The notes under the pieces: generated by a model
Told to the model about the DNA's origin: nothing
The model's database searches: none
The model's input: only the letters and a program-made list of their open reading frames with translations
Program-made: the position numbers and the translations under genes
Part shown: positions 1-12,500 of the stretch, one piece after another
Numbering within the stretch: position 1 is the first letter of the stretch
Layout of the letters: each line of letters begins with the position of its first letter
From: Azolla caroliniana
Taxonomy: Eukaryota; Plantae; Polypodiophyta
DNA length: 64,000 nt
NCBI GenBank assembly: GCA_043228905.1
Contig: JBHGNT010000076.1
Location: 43,731-107,730 of the forward strand
Reading direction: 5' to 3'

Positions 1-519
1 ATTTTGAAACTCAGGTCGAGAGACATGACGAAATTAGCAAATTTGAGGAGTGAGTTGAGAAGAGCTAGTAGGTAAATTAAAATGTTCATAGCTGGCTCGT
101 GTGATATCGGATTTTTGTGTTCAAACATGCGAAACGAAGCTAACATCGCTAGCTATGATATGAAATTAAAAAGTCAAGATTTTGAAACTCAGGTCGAGAG
201 ACATGACGAAATTAGCAAATTTGAGGAGTGAGTTGAGAGGAGCCCTTGAGTAAATGAAAATGTTCAACCCTGGCTCGTGTGATATCGGATTTTTGTGTTC
301 AAACATGCGATTCGAAGCTAACAACGCTAGCTATGATATGGAATTAAAAAATCAAGATTTTGAAACTCAGGTCGAGAGACATGACGAAATTACCAAATTT
401 GAGGAGTGAGTTGAGAAGAGCTAGTAGGTAAATGAAAATGTTCATACCTAGCTCGTGTGATATCGGATTTTTGTGTTCAAACATGCGAAACGAAGCTAAC
501 AATGCTAGATACGATATGG

Positions 520-3500
520 AATTAAAAAATCAAGATTTTGAAACTCAGGTCGAGAGACATGACGAAATTACCAAATTTGAGGAGTGAGTTGAGAAGAGCT
601 AGTAGGTAAATTAAAATGTTCATACTTGGGTCGTGTGATATCAGATTTTTGTGTTCAAACATGCGATTCGAAGCTAACAACGCTAGGTATGATATGGAAT
701 TAAAAAATCAAGATTTTAAAACTCAGGTCGAGGGACATGACGAAATTACCAAATTTGAGGAGTGTGTTGAGAAGAGCTAGTAGGTAAATTAAAATGTTCA
801 TACCTGGCTCGTGTGATATCGGATTTTTGTGTTCAAACATGCGAAACGAAGGTAACAATGCTAGATACGATACGGAATTAAAAAATCAAGATTTTGAAAC
901 TCAGGTCGAGAGACATGACGAAATTACCAAATTTGAGGAGTGAGTTGAGAAGAGCTAGTAGGTAAATGAAAATGTTCATACCTACCTCGTGTGATATCGG
1001 ATTTTTGTTTTCAAACATGCGAAACGAAGCTAACAATGCTAGATACGATATGGAATTAAAAAATCAAGATTTTGAAACTCAGGTCGAGAGACATGACGAA
1101 ATTACCAAATTTGAGGAGTGAGTTGAGGGGAGCCCTTGAGTAAATGAAAATGTTCATACCTGGCTCGTGTGATATCGGATTTTTGTGTTCAAACATGCGA
1201 TTCGAAGCTAACAACGCTAGCTATGATATGGAATTAAAAAATCAAGATTTTGAAACTCAGGTCGAGAGACATGATGAAATTAGCAAATTTGAGGAGTGAG
1301 TTGAGGGGAGCCCTTGAGTAAATGAAAATGTTCATACCTACCTCGTGTGATATCGGATTTTTGTTTTCAAACATGCGAAACGAAGCTAACAATGCTAGAT
1401 ACGATATGGAATTAAAAAATCAAGATTTTGAAACTCAGGTCGAGAGACATGACGAAATTACCAAATTTGAGGAGTGAGTTGAGGGGAGCCCTTGAGTAAA
1501 TGAAAATGTTCATATCTGGCTCGTGTGATATCGGATTTTTGTATTCAAACATGCGATTCGAAGCTAACAACGCTAGCTATGATATGGAATTAAAAAATCA
1601 AGATTTTGAAACTCAGGTCGAGAGACATGATGAAATTAGCAAATTTGAGGAGTGAGTTGAGGGGAGCCCTTGAGTAAATGAAAATGTTCATACCTGGCTC
1701 GTGTGATATCGGATTTTTGTGTTCAAACATGCGATTCGAAGCTAACAACGCTAGCTATGATATGGAATTAAAAAATCAAGATTTTGAAACTCAGGTCGAG
1801 AGACATGACGAAATTAGCAAATTTGAGGAGTGAGTTGAGAAGAGCTAGTAGGTAAATTAAAATGTTCATACCTGGCTCTTGTGATATCCGATTTTTGTGT
1901 TCAAACATGCGAAACGAAGCTAACAACGCTAGCTATGATATGGAATTAAAAAATCAAGATTTTGAAACTCAGGTCGAGAGACATGACGAAATTACCAAAT
2001 TTGAGGAGTGAGTTGAGAAGAGCTAGTAGGTAAATTAAAATGTTCATACCTGGGTCGTGTGATATCGGATTTTTGTGTTCAAACATGCGAAACGAAGCTA
2101 ACAATGCTAGATACGATATGGAATTAAAAAATCAAGATTTTGAAACTCAGGTCGAGAGACATGACGAAATTACCAAATTTGAGGAGTGAGTTGAGAAGAG
2201 CTAGTAGGTAAATTAAAATGTTCATACTTGGTCATACCTGGCTCGTGTGATATCGGATTTTTGTGTTCAAACATGCGAAACGAAGGTAACAATGCTAGAT
2301 ACGATATGGAATTAAAAAATCAAGATTTTGAAACTCAGGTCGAGAGACATGACGAAATTACCAAATTTGAGGAGTGAGTTGAGAAGAGCTAGTAGGTAAA
2401 TTAAAATGTTCATACCTGGCTCGTGTGATATCGGATTTTTGTGTTCAAACATGCGAAACGAAGCTAACATCGCTAGCTATGATATGAAATTAAAAAGTCA
2501 AGATTTTGAAACTCAGGTCGAGAGACATGACGAAATTACCAAATTTGAGGAGTGAGTTGAGAAGAGCCCTTGAGTAAATGAAACTGTTCATACCTGGCTC
2601 GTGTGATATCGGATTTCTGTGTTCAAACATGCGAAACGAAGCTAACATCGCTAGCTATGATATGAAATTAAAAGATCAAGATTTTGAAACTCAGGTCGAG
2701 AGACATGACGAAAATACCAAATTTGAGTAGTGAGTTGAGAGGAGCCCTTGAGTAAATGAAAATGTTCATACCTGGCTCGTGTGATATCGGATTTTTGTGT
2801 TCAAACATGCGATTCGAAGCTAACAACGCTAGCTATGATATGGAATTAAAAAATCAAGATTTTGAAACTCAGGTCGAGAGACATGATGAAATTAGCAAAT
2901 TTGAGGAGTGAGTTGAGAAGAGCTAGTAGGTAAATGAAAATGGTCATACCTAGCTCGTGTGATATCGGATTTTTGTGTTAAAACATGCGAAACGAAGCTA
3001 ACAATGCTAGATACGATATGGAATTAAAAAATCAAGATTTTGAAACTCAGGTCGAGAGACATGACGAAATTACCAAATTTGAGGAGTGAGTTGAGGGGAG
3101 CCCTTGAGTAAATGACAATGTTCATACCTGGCTCGTGTGATATCGGATTTTTGTGTTGAAACATGCGATTCGAAGCTAACAACGCTAGCTATGATATGGA
3201 ATTAAAAAATCAAGATTTTGAAACTCAGGTCGAGAGACATGACGAAATTACCAAATTTGAGGAGTGAGTTGAGAAGAGCTAGTAGGTAAATTAAAATGTT
3301 CATACTTGGGTCGTGTGATATCAGATTTTTGTGTTCAAACATGCGATTCGAAGCTAACAACGCTAGGTATGATATGGAATTAAAAAATCAAGATTTTAAA
3401 ACTCAGGTCGAGGGACATGACGAAATTACCAAATTTGAGGAGTGTGTTGAGAAGAGCTAGTAGGTAAATTAAAATGTTCATACCTGGCTCGTGTGATATC

Positions 3501-4550
3501 GGATTTTTGTGTTCAAACATGCGAAACGAAGGTAACAATGCTAGATACGATACGGAATTAAAAAATCAAGATTTTGAAACTCAGGTCGAGAGACATGACG
3601 AAATTACCAAATTTGAGGAGTGAGTTGAGAAGAGCTAGTAGGTAAATGAAAATGTTCATACCTACCTCGTGTGATATCGGATTTTTGTTTTCAAACATGC
3701 GAAACGAAGCTAACAATGCTAGATACGATATGGAATTAAAAAATCAAGATTTTGAAACTCAGGTCGAGAGACATGACGAAATTACCAAATTTGAGGAGTG
3801 AGTTGAGGGGAGCCCTTGAGTAAATGAAAATGTTCATACCTGGCTCGTGTGATATCGGATTTTTGTGTTCAAACATGCGATTTGAAGCTAACAACGCTAG
3901 CTATGATATGGAATTAAAAAATCAAGATTTTGAAACTCAGGTCGAGAGACATGATGAAATTAGCAAATTTGAGGAGTGAGTTGAGGGGAGCCCTTGAGTA
4001 AATGAAAATGTTCATACCTACCTCGTGTGATATCGGATTTTTGTTTTCAAACATGCGAAACGAAGCTAACAATGCTAGATACGATATGGAATTAAAAAAT
4101 CAAGATTTTGAAACTCAGGTCGAGAGACATGACGAAATTACCAAATTTGAGGAGTGAGTTGAGGGGAGCCCTTGAGTAAATGAAAATGTTCATATCTGGC
4201 TCGTGTGATATCGGATTTTTGTGTTCAAACATGCGATTCGAAGCTAACAACGCTAGCTATGATATGGAATTAAAAAATCAAGATTTTGAAACTCAGGTCG
4301 AGAGACATGATGAAATTAGCAAATTTGAGGAGTGAGTTGAGGGGAGCCCTTGAGTAAATGAAAATGTTCATACCTGGCTCGTGTGATATCGGATTTTTGT
4401 GTTCAAACATGCGATTCGAAGCTAACAACGCTAGCTATGATATGGAATTAAAAAATCAAGATTTTGAAACTCAGGTCGAGAGACATGACGAAATTAGCAA
4501 ATTTGAGGAGTGAGTTGAGAAGAGCTAGTAGGTAAATTAAAATGTTCATA
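520..4550 (+). repeat. Duplicated ~7.5-monomer block (~520-1870 and ~3200-4550), offset 2680 bp (15 monomers + 10 bp)
   Basis: Shared rare variants at offset 2680: CATACTTGGG...TCAGAT (621/3301), AGATTTTAAA (711/3391), TACGGAATT (871/3551), CATATCTGGC (1511/4191). Contains an internal dimer repeat (CCTACCTC...TTGTTTTC at 981 and 1337, offset 356). A related block recurs at ~15200-16400. Confidence 0.85.
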
Positions 4551-4620
4551 CTTGGGTCGTGTGATATCAGATTTTTGTGTTCAAACATGCGAAACGAAGC
4601 TAACAACGCTAGCTATGATA

Positions 4621-7600
4621 TGGAATTAAAAAATCAAGATTTTGAAACTCAGGTCGAGGGACATGACGAAATTAGCAAATTTGAGGAGTGTGTTGAGAAG
4701 AGCTAGTAGGTAAATTAAAATGTTCATACCTGGCTCGTGTGATATCGGATTTTTGTGTTCAAACATGCGAAACGAAGGTAACAATGCTAGATACGATATG
4801 GAATTAAAAAATCAAGATTTTGAAACTCAGGTCGAGAGACATGACGAAATTACCAAATTTGAGGAGTGAGTTGAGAAGAGCTAGTAGGTAAATGAAAATG
4901 TTCATACCTAGCTCGTGTGATATCGGATTTTTGTGTTCAAACATGCGATTCGAAGCTAAGAACGCTAGCTATGATATGGAATTAAAAAATCAAGATTTTG
5001 AAACTCAGGTCGAGAGACATGACGAAATTACCAAATTTGAGGAGTGAGTTGAGAAGAGCTAGTAGGTAAATTAAAATGTTCATACTTGGGTCGTGTGATA
5101 TCAGATTTTTGTGTTCAAACATGCGATTCGAAGCTAACAACGCTAGCTGTGATATGGAATTAAAAAATCAAGATTTTGAAACTCAGGTCGAGAGACATGA
5201 CGAAATTACCAAATTTGAGGAGTGAGGTGAGAGGAGCCCTTGAGTAAATGAAAATGTTCATACCTAGCTCGTGTGATATCGGATTTTTGTGTTCAAACAT
5301 GCGATTCGAAGCTAACAACGCTAGCTATGATATGGAATTAAAAAATCAAGATTTTGAAACTCAGGTCAAGAGACATGAAGAAATTAGCAAATTAGAGGAG
5401 GGAGTGGAGAAGAGCCCGTTCGGAAATGAAAATGTTCCTACCTGGCTCGTGTGATATCTGCTTTTTGTGTTCAAACATGCGAATCGAAGCAAACAAAGCT
5501 AGCTATGATATAGAATTAAAAAATCAAGATTTTGAAACTCAGGTCGAGAGACATGATGAAATTAGCAAATTTGAGGAGGGAGTGGAGAAGGGGCCGTGAG
5601 TAAATGAAACTGTTCATACCTGGCTCGTGTGATATCGGATTTTTGTGTTCAAACATGCGAACCGAAGCTAACAACGCTAGCTATGATATGAAATTAAAAG
5701 ATCAAGATTTTGAAACTCAGGTCGAGAGACATGACGAAATTACCAAATTTGAGTAGTGAGTTGAGGGGAGCCCTTGAGTAAATGAAAATGTTCATACCTG
5801 GCTCGTGTGATATCGGATTTTTGTGTTCAAACATGCGAATCGAAGCTAGCAACGCTAGCTATGAGATAGAATTAAAAAATGAAGATTTTGAAACTCAGGT
5901 CGAGAGACATGACGAAATTACCAAATTTGAGGAGTGAGTTGAGAAGAGCTAGTAGGTAAATTAAAATGTTCATACCTGGCTCGTGTGATATCGGATTTTT
6001 GTGTTCAAACATGCGAATCGAAGCTAACAACGCTAGCTATGATATGGAATTAAAAAATCAAGATTTTGAATCTCAGGTCGAGAGACGTGACGAAATTACC
6101 AAATTTGAGTAGTGAGGTGAGAGGAGCCCTTGAGTAAATGAAAATGTTCATACCTGGCTCGTGTGATATCGGATTTTTGTGTTCAAACATGCGAATCGAA
6201 GCTAACAACGCTAGCTATGAGATAGAATTAAAAAATCAAGATTTTGAAACTCAGGTCGAGAGACATGACGAAATTACCAAATTTGAGGAGTGAGTTGAGA
6301 AGAGCTAGTAGGTAAATTAAAATGTTCATACCGGGCTCGTGTGATATCGGATTTTTGTGTTCAAACATGCGATTCGAAGCTAACAACGCTAGCTATGAAA
6401 TGGAATTAAAAAATCAAGATTTTGAAACTCAGGTCGAGGGACATGACGAAATTAGCAAATTTGAGGAGTGTGTTGAGAAGAGCTAGTAGGTAAATTAAAA
6501 TGTTCATACCTGGCTCGTGTGATATCGGATTTTTGTGTTCAAACATGCGAAACGAAGGTAACAATGCTAGATACGATATGGAATTAAAAAATCAAGATTT
6601 TGAAACTCAGGTCGAGAGACATGACGAAATTACCAAATTTGAGGAGTGAGTTGAGAAGAGCTAGTAGGTAAATGAAAATGTTCATACCTAGCTCGTGTGA
6701 TATCGGATTTTTGTGTTCAAACATGGGAATCGAAGCTAAGAACGCTAGCTATGATATGGAATTAAAAAATCAAGATTTTGAAACTCAGGTCGAGAGACAT
6801 GACGAAATTACCAAATTTGAGGAGTGAGTTGAGAAGAGCTAGTAGGTAAATTAAAATGTTCATACTTGGGTCGTGTGATATCAGATTTTTGTGTTCAAAC
6901 ATGCGATTCGAAGCTAACAACGCTAGCTGTGATATGGAATTAAAAAATCAAGATTTTGAAACTCAGGTCGAGAGACATGACGAAATTACCAAATTTGAGG
7001 AGTGAGGTGAGAGGAGCCCTTGAGTAAATGAAAATGTTCATACCTAGCTCGTGTGATATCGGATTTTTGTGTTCAAACATGCGATTCGAAGCTAACAACG
7101 CTAGCTATGATATGGAATTAAAAAATCAAGATTTTGAAACTCAGGTCAAGAGACATGAAGAAATTAGCAAATTAGAGGAGGGAGTGGAGAAGAGCCCGTT
7201 CGGAAATGAAAATGTTCCTACCTGGCTCGTGTGATATCTGCTTTTTGTGTTCAAACATGCGAATCGAAGCAAACAAAGCTAGCTATGATATAGAATTAAA
7301 AAATCAAGATTTTGAAACTCAGGTCGAGAGACATGATGAAATTAGCAAATTTGAGGAGGGAGTGGAGAAGGGGCCGTGAGTAAATGAAACTGTTCATACC
7401 TGGCTCGTGTGATATCGGATTTTTGTGTTCAAACATGCGAACCGAAGCTAACAACGCTAGCTATGATATGAAATTAAAAGATCAAGATTTTGAAACTCAG
7501 GTCGAGAGACATGACGAAATTACCAAATTTGAGTAGTGAGTTGAGGGGAGCCCTTGAGTAAATGAAAATGTTCATACCTGGCTCGTGTGATATCGGATTT

Positions 7601-8180
7601 TTGTGTTCAAACATGCGAATCGAAGCTAGCAACGCTAGCTATGAGATAGAATTAAAAAATGAAGATTTTGAAACTCAGGTCGAGAGACATGACGAAATTA
7701 CCAAATTTGAGGAGTGAGTTGAGAAGAGCTAGTAGGTAAATTAAAATGTTCATACCTGGCTCGTGTGATATCGGATTTTTGTGTTCAAACATGCGAATCG
7801 AAGCTAACAACGCTAGCTATGATATGGAATTAAAAAATCAAGATTTTGAATCTCAGGTCGAGAGACGTGACGAAATTACCAAATTTGAGTAGTGAGGTGA
7901 GAGGAGCCCTTGAGTAAATGAAAATGTTCATACCTGGCTCGTGTGATATCGGATTTTTGTGTTCAAACATGCGAATCGAAGCTAACAACGCTAGCTATGA
8001 GATAGAATTAAAAAATCAAGATTTTGAAACTCAGGTCGAGAGACATGACGAAATTACCAAATTTGAGGAGTGAGTTGAGAAGAGCTAGTAGGTAAATTAA
8101 AATGTTCATACCGGGCTCGTGTGATATCGGATTTTTGTGTTCAAACATGCGATTCGAAGCTAACAACGCTAGCTATGAAA
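4621..8180 (+). repeat. 10-monomer tandem duplication (1780-bp unit: ~4621-6400 and ~6401-8180)
   Basis: Offset-1780 matches: AGGTCGAGGG (4651/6431), divergent segment and ORFs (5248/7028), GCTAGCAAC (5825-5840 region/7605-7620 region), TCTCAGG (6071/7851), CCGGGCTC (6331/8111), AGCTATGAAA (6391/8171). Identity fails at 4619 vs 6399 and at 6439 vs 8219. Confidence 0.93.
5368..5512 (+). repeat. Divergent satellite variant segment (~145 bp, roughly 15 substitutions from consensus); 9 copies starting ~5368, 7148, 11242, 21230, 31396, 45116, 54383, 59549, 63111
   Basis: Signature GTCAAGAGACATGAAGAAATTAGCAAATTAGAGGAGGGAGTGGAGAAGAGCCCGTTCGGAAATG...TTCCTACC...TCTGCTTTT...AAGCAAACAAAGC. It coincides with the nine + strand ORFs in the track. 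Confidence 0.92.
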
Positions 8181-9529
8181 TGGAATTAAAAAATCAAGAT
8201 TTTGAAACTCAGGTCGAGAGACATGACGAAATTACCAAATTTGAGGAGTGAGGTGAGAAGAGCTAGTAGGTAAATTAAAATGTTCATACCTGGCTCGTGT
8301 GATATCGGATTTTTGTGTTCAAACATGGGAATCGAAGCTAACAACGCTAGCTATGAGATAGAATTAAAAAATCAAGATTTTGAAACTCAGGTCGAGAGAC
8401 ATGACGAAATTACCAAATTTGAGGAGTGAGTTGAGAAGAGCTAGTAGGTAAATTAAAATGTTCATACCTGGCTCGTGTGATATCGTATTTTTGTGTTCAA
8501 ACATGCCAATCGAAGCTAACAACGCTAGCTATGATATGGAATTAAAAGATCAAGATTTTGAAACTCAGGTCGAGAGACATGACGAAATTACCAAATTTGA
8601 GTAGTGAGTTGAGAGGAGCCCTTGAGTAAATGAAAATGTTCATACCTGGCTCGTGTGATATCGGATTTTTGTGTTCAAACATGGGAATTGAAGCTAACAA
8701 CGCTAGCTATGATATGAAATTAAAAGATCAAGATTTTAAAACTCAGGTCGAGAGACATTACCAAATTACCAAATTTGAGGAGTGAGTTGAGAGGAGCCCT
8801 TGAGTAAATGAAAATGTTCATACCGGGCTCGTGTGATATCGGATTTTTGTGTTCAAACATGCGATTCGAAGCTAACAACGCTAGCTATGAAATGGAATTA
8901 AAAAATCAAGATTTTGAAACTCAGGTTGAGAGACATGACGAAATTACCAAATTTGAGTAGTGACTTGAGAGGAGCCCTTGAGTAAATGAAAATGTTCATA
9001 CCTGGCTTGTGTGATATCGGATTTTTGTGTTCAAACATGCGAAACGAAGCCAACAACGCTAGCTATGATATGAAATTAAAAAATCAAGATTTTGAATCTC
9101 AGATCAAGAGACGTGACGAAATTACCAAATTTGATTAGTGAGGTGAGAGGAGCCCTTGAGTAAATGAAAATGTTCATACCTGGCTCGTGTGATATCGGAT
9201 TTTTGTGTTCAAACATGCGAATCGAAGCTAACAACGCTAGCTATGAGATAGAATTAAAAAATCAAGATTTTGAAACTCAGGTCGAGAGACATGACGAAAT
9301 TACCAAATTTGAGGAGTGAGTTGAGAAGAGCTAGTAGGTAAATTAAAATGTTCATACTTGGGTCGTGTGATATCAGATTTTTGCGTTCAAACATGCGATT
9401 CGAAGCTAACAACGCTAGCTATGTTATGGAATTAAAAAATCAAGATTTTGAATCTCAGGTCGAGAGACATGACGAAATTACCAAATTTGAGTAGTGAGTT
9501 GAGAGGAGCCCTTGAGTAAATGAAAATGT

Positions 9530-12500
9530 TCATACCTAGCTCGTGTGATATCGAATTTTTGTGTTCAAACATGCGAAACGAAGCTAACAATGCTAGATAC
9601 GATATGGAATTAAAAAATCAAGATTTTGAAACTCAGGTCGAGAGACATGACGAAATTACCAAATTTGAGGAGTGAGTTGAGAAGAGCTAGTAGGTAAATT
9701 AAAATGTTCATACTTGGGTCGTGTGATATCAGATTTTTGTGTTCAAACATGCGATTCGAAGCTAACAACGCTAGCTATGATATGGAATTAAAAAATCAAG
9801 ATTTTGAAACTCAGGTCGAGGGACATGACGAAATTAGCAAATTTGAGGAGTGTGTTGAGAAGAGCTAGTAGGTAAATTAAAATGTTCATACCTGGCTCGT
9901 GTGATATCGGATTTTTGTGTTCAAACATGCGAAACGAAGGTAACAATGCTAGATACGATATGGAATTAAAAAATCAAGATTTTGAAACTCAGGTCGAGAG
10001 ACATGACGAAATTACCAAATTTGAGGAGTGAGTTGAGAAGAGCTAGTAGGTAAATTAAAATGTTCATACCTAGCTCGTGTGATATCGGATTTTTGTGTTC
10101 AAACATGCGATTCGAAGCTAAGAACGCTAGCTATGATATGGAATTAAAAAATCAAGATTTTGAAACTCAGGTCGAGAGACATGACGAAATTACCAAATTT
10201 GAGGAGTGAGTTGAGAAGAGCTAGTAGGTAAATTAAAATGTTCATACCTGGCTCGTGTGATATCGGATTTTTGTGTTCAAACATGCGAAACGAAGCTAAC
10301 ATCGCTAGCTATGATATGAAATTAAAAAGTCAAGATTTTGAAACTCAGGTCGAGAGACATGACGAAATTACCAAATTTGAGGAGTGAGTTGAGAAGAGCC
10401 CTTGAGTAAATGAAACTGTTCATACCTGGCTCGTGTGATATCGGATTTCTGTGTTCAAACATGCGAAACGAAGCTAACATCGCTAGCTATGATATGAAAT
10501 TAAAAGATCAAGATTTTGAAACTCAGGTCGAGAGACATGACGAAAATACCAAATTTGAGTAGTGAGTTGAGAGGAGCCCTTGAGTAAATGAAAATGTTCA
10601 TACCTGGCTCGTGTGATATCGGATTTTTGTGTTCAAACATGCGATTCGAAGCTAACAACGCTAGCTATGATATGGAATTAAAAAATCAAGATTTTGAAAC
10701 TCAGGTCGAGAGACATGATGAAATTAGCAAATTTGAGGAGTGAGTTGAGAAGAGCTAGTAGGTAAATGAAAATGGTCATACCTAGTTCGTGTGATATCGG
10801 ATTTTTGTGTTCAAACATGCGAAACGAAGCTAACAATGCTAGATACGATATGGAATTAAAAAATCAAGAATTTGAAACTCAGGTCGAGAGACATGACGAA
10901 ATTACCAAATTTGAGGAGTGAGTTGAGGGGAGCCCTTGAGTAAATGAAAATGGTCATACCTGGCTCGTGTGATATCGGATTTTTGTGTTCAAACATGCGA
11001 AACGAAGCTAACAACGCTAGCTATGATATGGAATTAAAAGATCAAGATTTTGAAACTCAGGTCGAGAGACATGACGAAATTACCAAATTTGAGTAGAGAG
11101 TTGAGAGGAGTCCTTGAGTAAATGAAAATGTTCATACCTGGTTCGTGTGATATCGGATTTTTGTGTTCAAACATGCGATTCGAAGCTAACAACGCTAGCT
11201 ATGATATGGAATTAAAAAATCAAGATTTTGAAACTCAGGTCAAGAGACATGAAGAAATTAGCAAATTAGAGGAGGGAGTGGAGAAGAGCCCGTTCGGAAA
11301 TGAAAATGTTCCTACCTGGCTCGTGTGATATCTGCTTTTTGTGTTCAAACATGCGAATCGAAGCAAACAAAGCTAGCTATGATATAGAATTAAAAAATCA
11401 AGATTTTGAAACTCAGGTCGAGAGACATGACGAAATTAGCAAATTTGAGGAGTGAGTTGAGAAGAGCTAGTAGGTAAATTAAAATGTTCATACCTGGCTC
11501 GTGTGATATCGGATTTTTGTGTTCAAACATGCGAAACGAAGCTAACAACGCTACCTATGATATGAAATTAAAAGATCAAGATTTTGAAACTCAGGTCGAG
11601 AGACATGACGAAATTACCAAATTTGAGGAGTGAGTTGAGAAGAGCTAGTAGGTAAATGAAAATGTTCATACCTAGCTCGTGTGATATCGGATTTTTGTGT
11701 TCAAACATGCGAAACGAAGCTAACAACGCTAGTTACGATATGGAATTAAAAAATCAAGATTTTGAAACTCAGGTCGAGAGACATGACGAAATTACCAAAT
11801 TTGAGTAGTGAGTTGAGAGGAGCCCTTGAGTAAATGAAAATGTTCATACCTGGCTCGTGTGATATCGGATTTTTGTGTTCAAACATGCGATTCGAAGCTA
11901 ACAACGCTAGCTATGATATGGAATTAAAAAATCAAGATTTTGAAACTCAGGTCGAGAGACATGACGAAATTACCAAATTTGAGGAGTGAGTTGAGAAGAG
12001 CTAGTAGGTAAATGAAAATGTTCATACCTGGCTCGTGTGATATCGGATTTTTGTGTTCAAACATGCGAAACGAAGCTAACAACGCTAGCTATGAGATAGA
12101 ATTAAAAAATCAAGATTTTGAAACTCAGGTTGAGAGACATGATGAAATTAGCAAATTTGAGTAGTGAGTTGAGGGGAGCCCTTGAGTAAATGAAAATGTT
12201 CATACCTGGCTCGTGTGATATCGGATTTTTGTGTTCAAACATGCGATTCGAAGCTAACAACGCTAGCTATGATATGGAATTAAAAAATCAAGATTTTGAA
12301 ACTCAGGTCGAGAGACATGACGAAATTACCAAATTTGAGGAGTGAGTTGAGAAGAGCTAGTAGGTAAATTAAAATGTTCATACCTGGCTCGTGTGATATC
12401 GGATTTTTGTGTTCAAACATGCGAAACGAAGCTAACATCGCTAGCTATGATATGAAATTAAAAAGTCAAGATTTTGAAACTCAGGTCGAGAGACATGACG

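Noticed and set aside
45-85. Shine-Dalgarno-like GAGGAG upstream of ATG in each monomer
   Set aside because: Spacing to the ATG is too long in most copies, the downstream frame is usually closed within one monomer, and the context is eukaryotic-type satellite.
1-178. Identity with Arabidopsis CEN178, primate alpha satellite, or a 5S rDNA/tRNA array
   Set aside because: Only the length is similar. I do not recognise the sequence as any of these, and I see no CENP-B box or 5S/tRNA structure. A BLAST or satellite-database search is needed to name the family.
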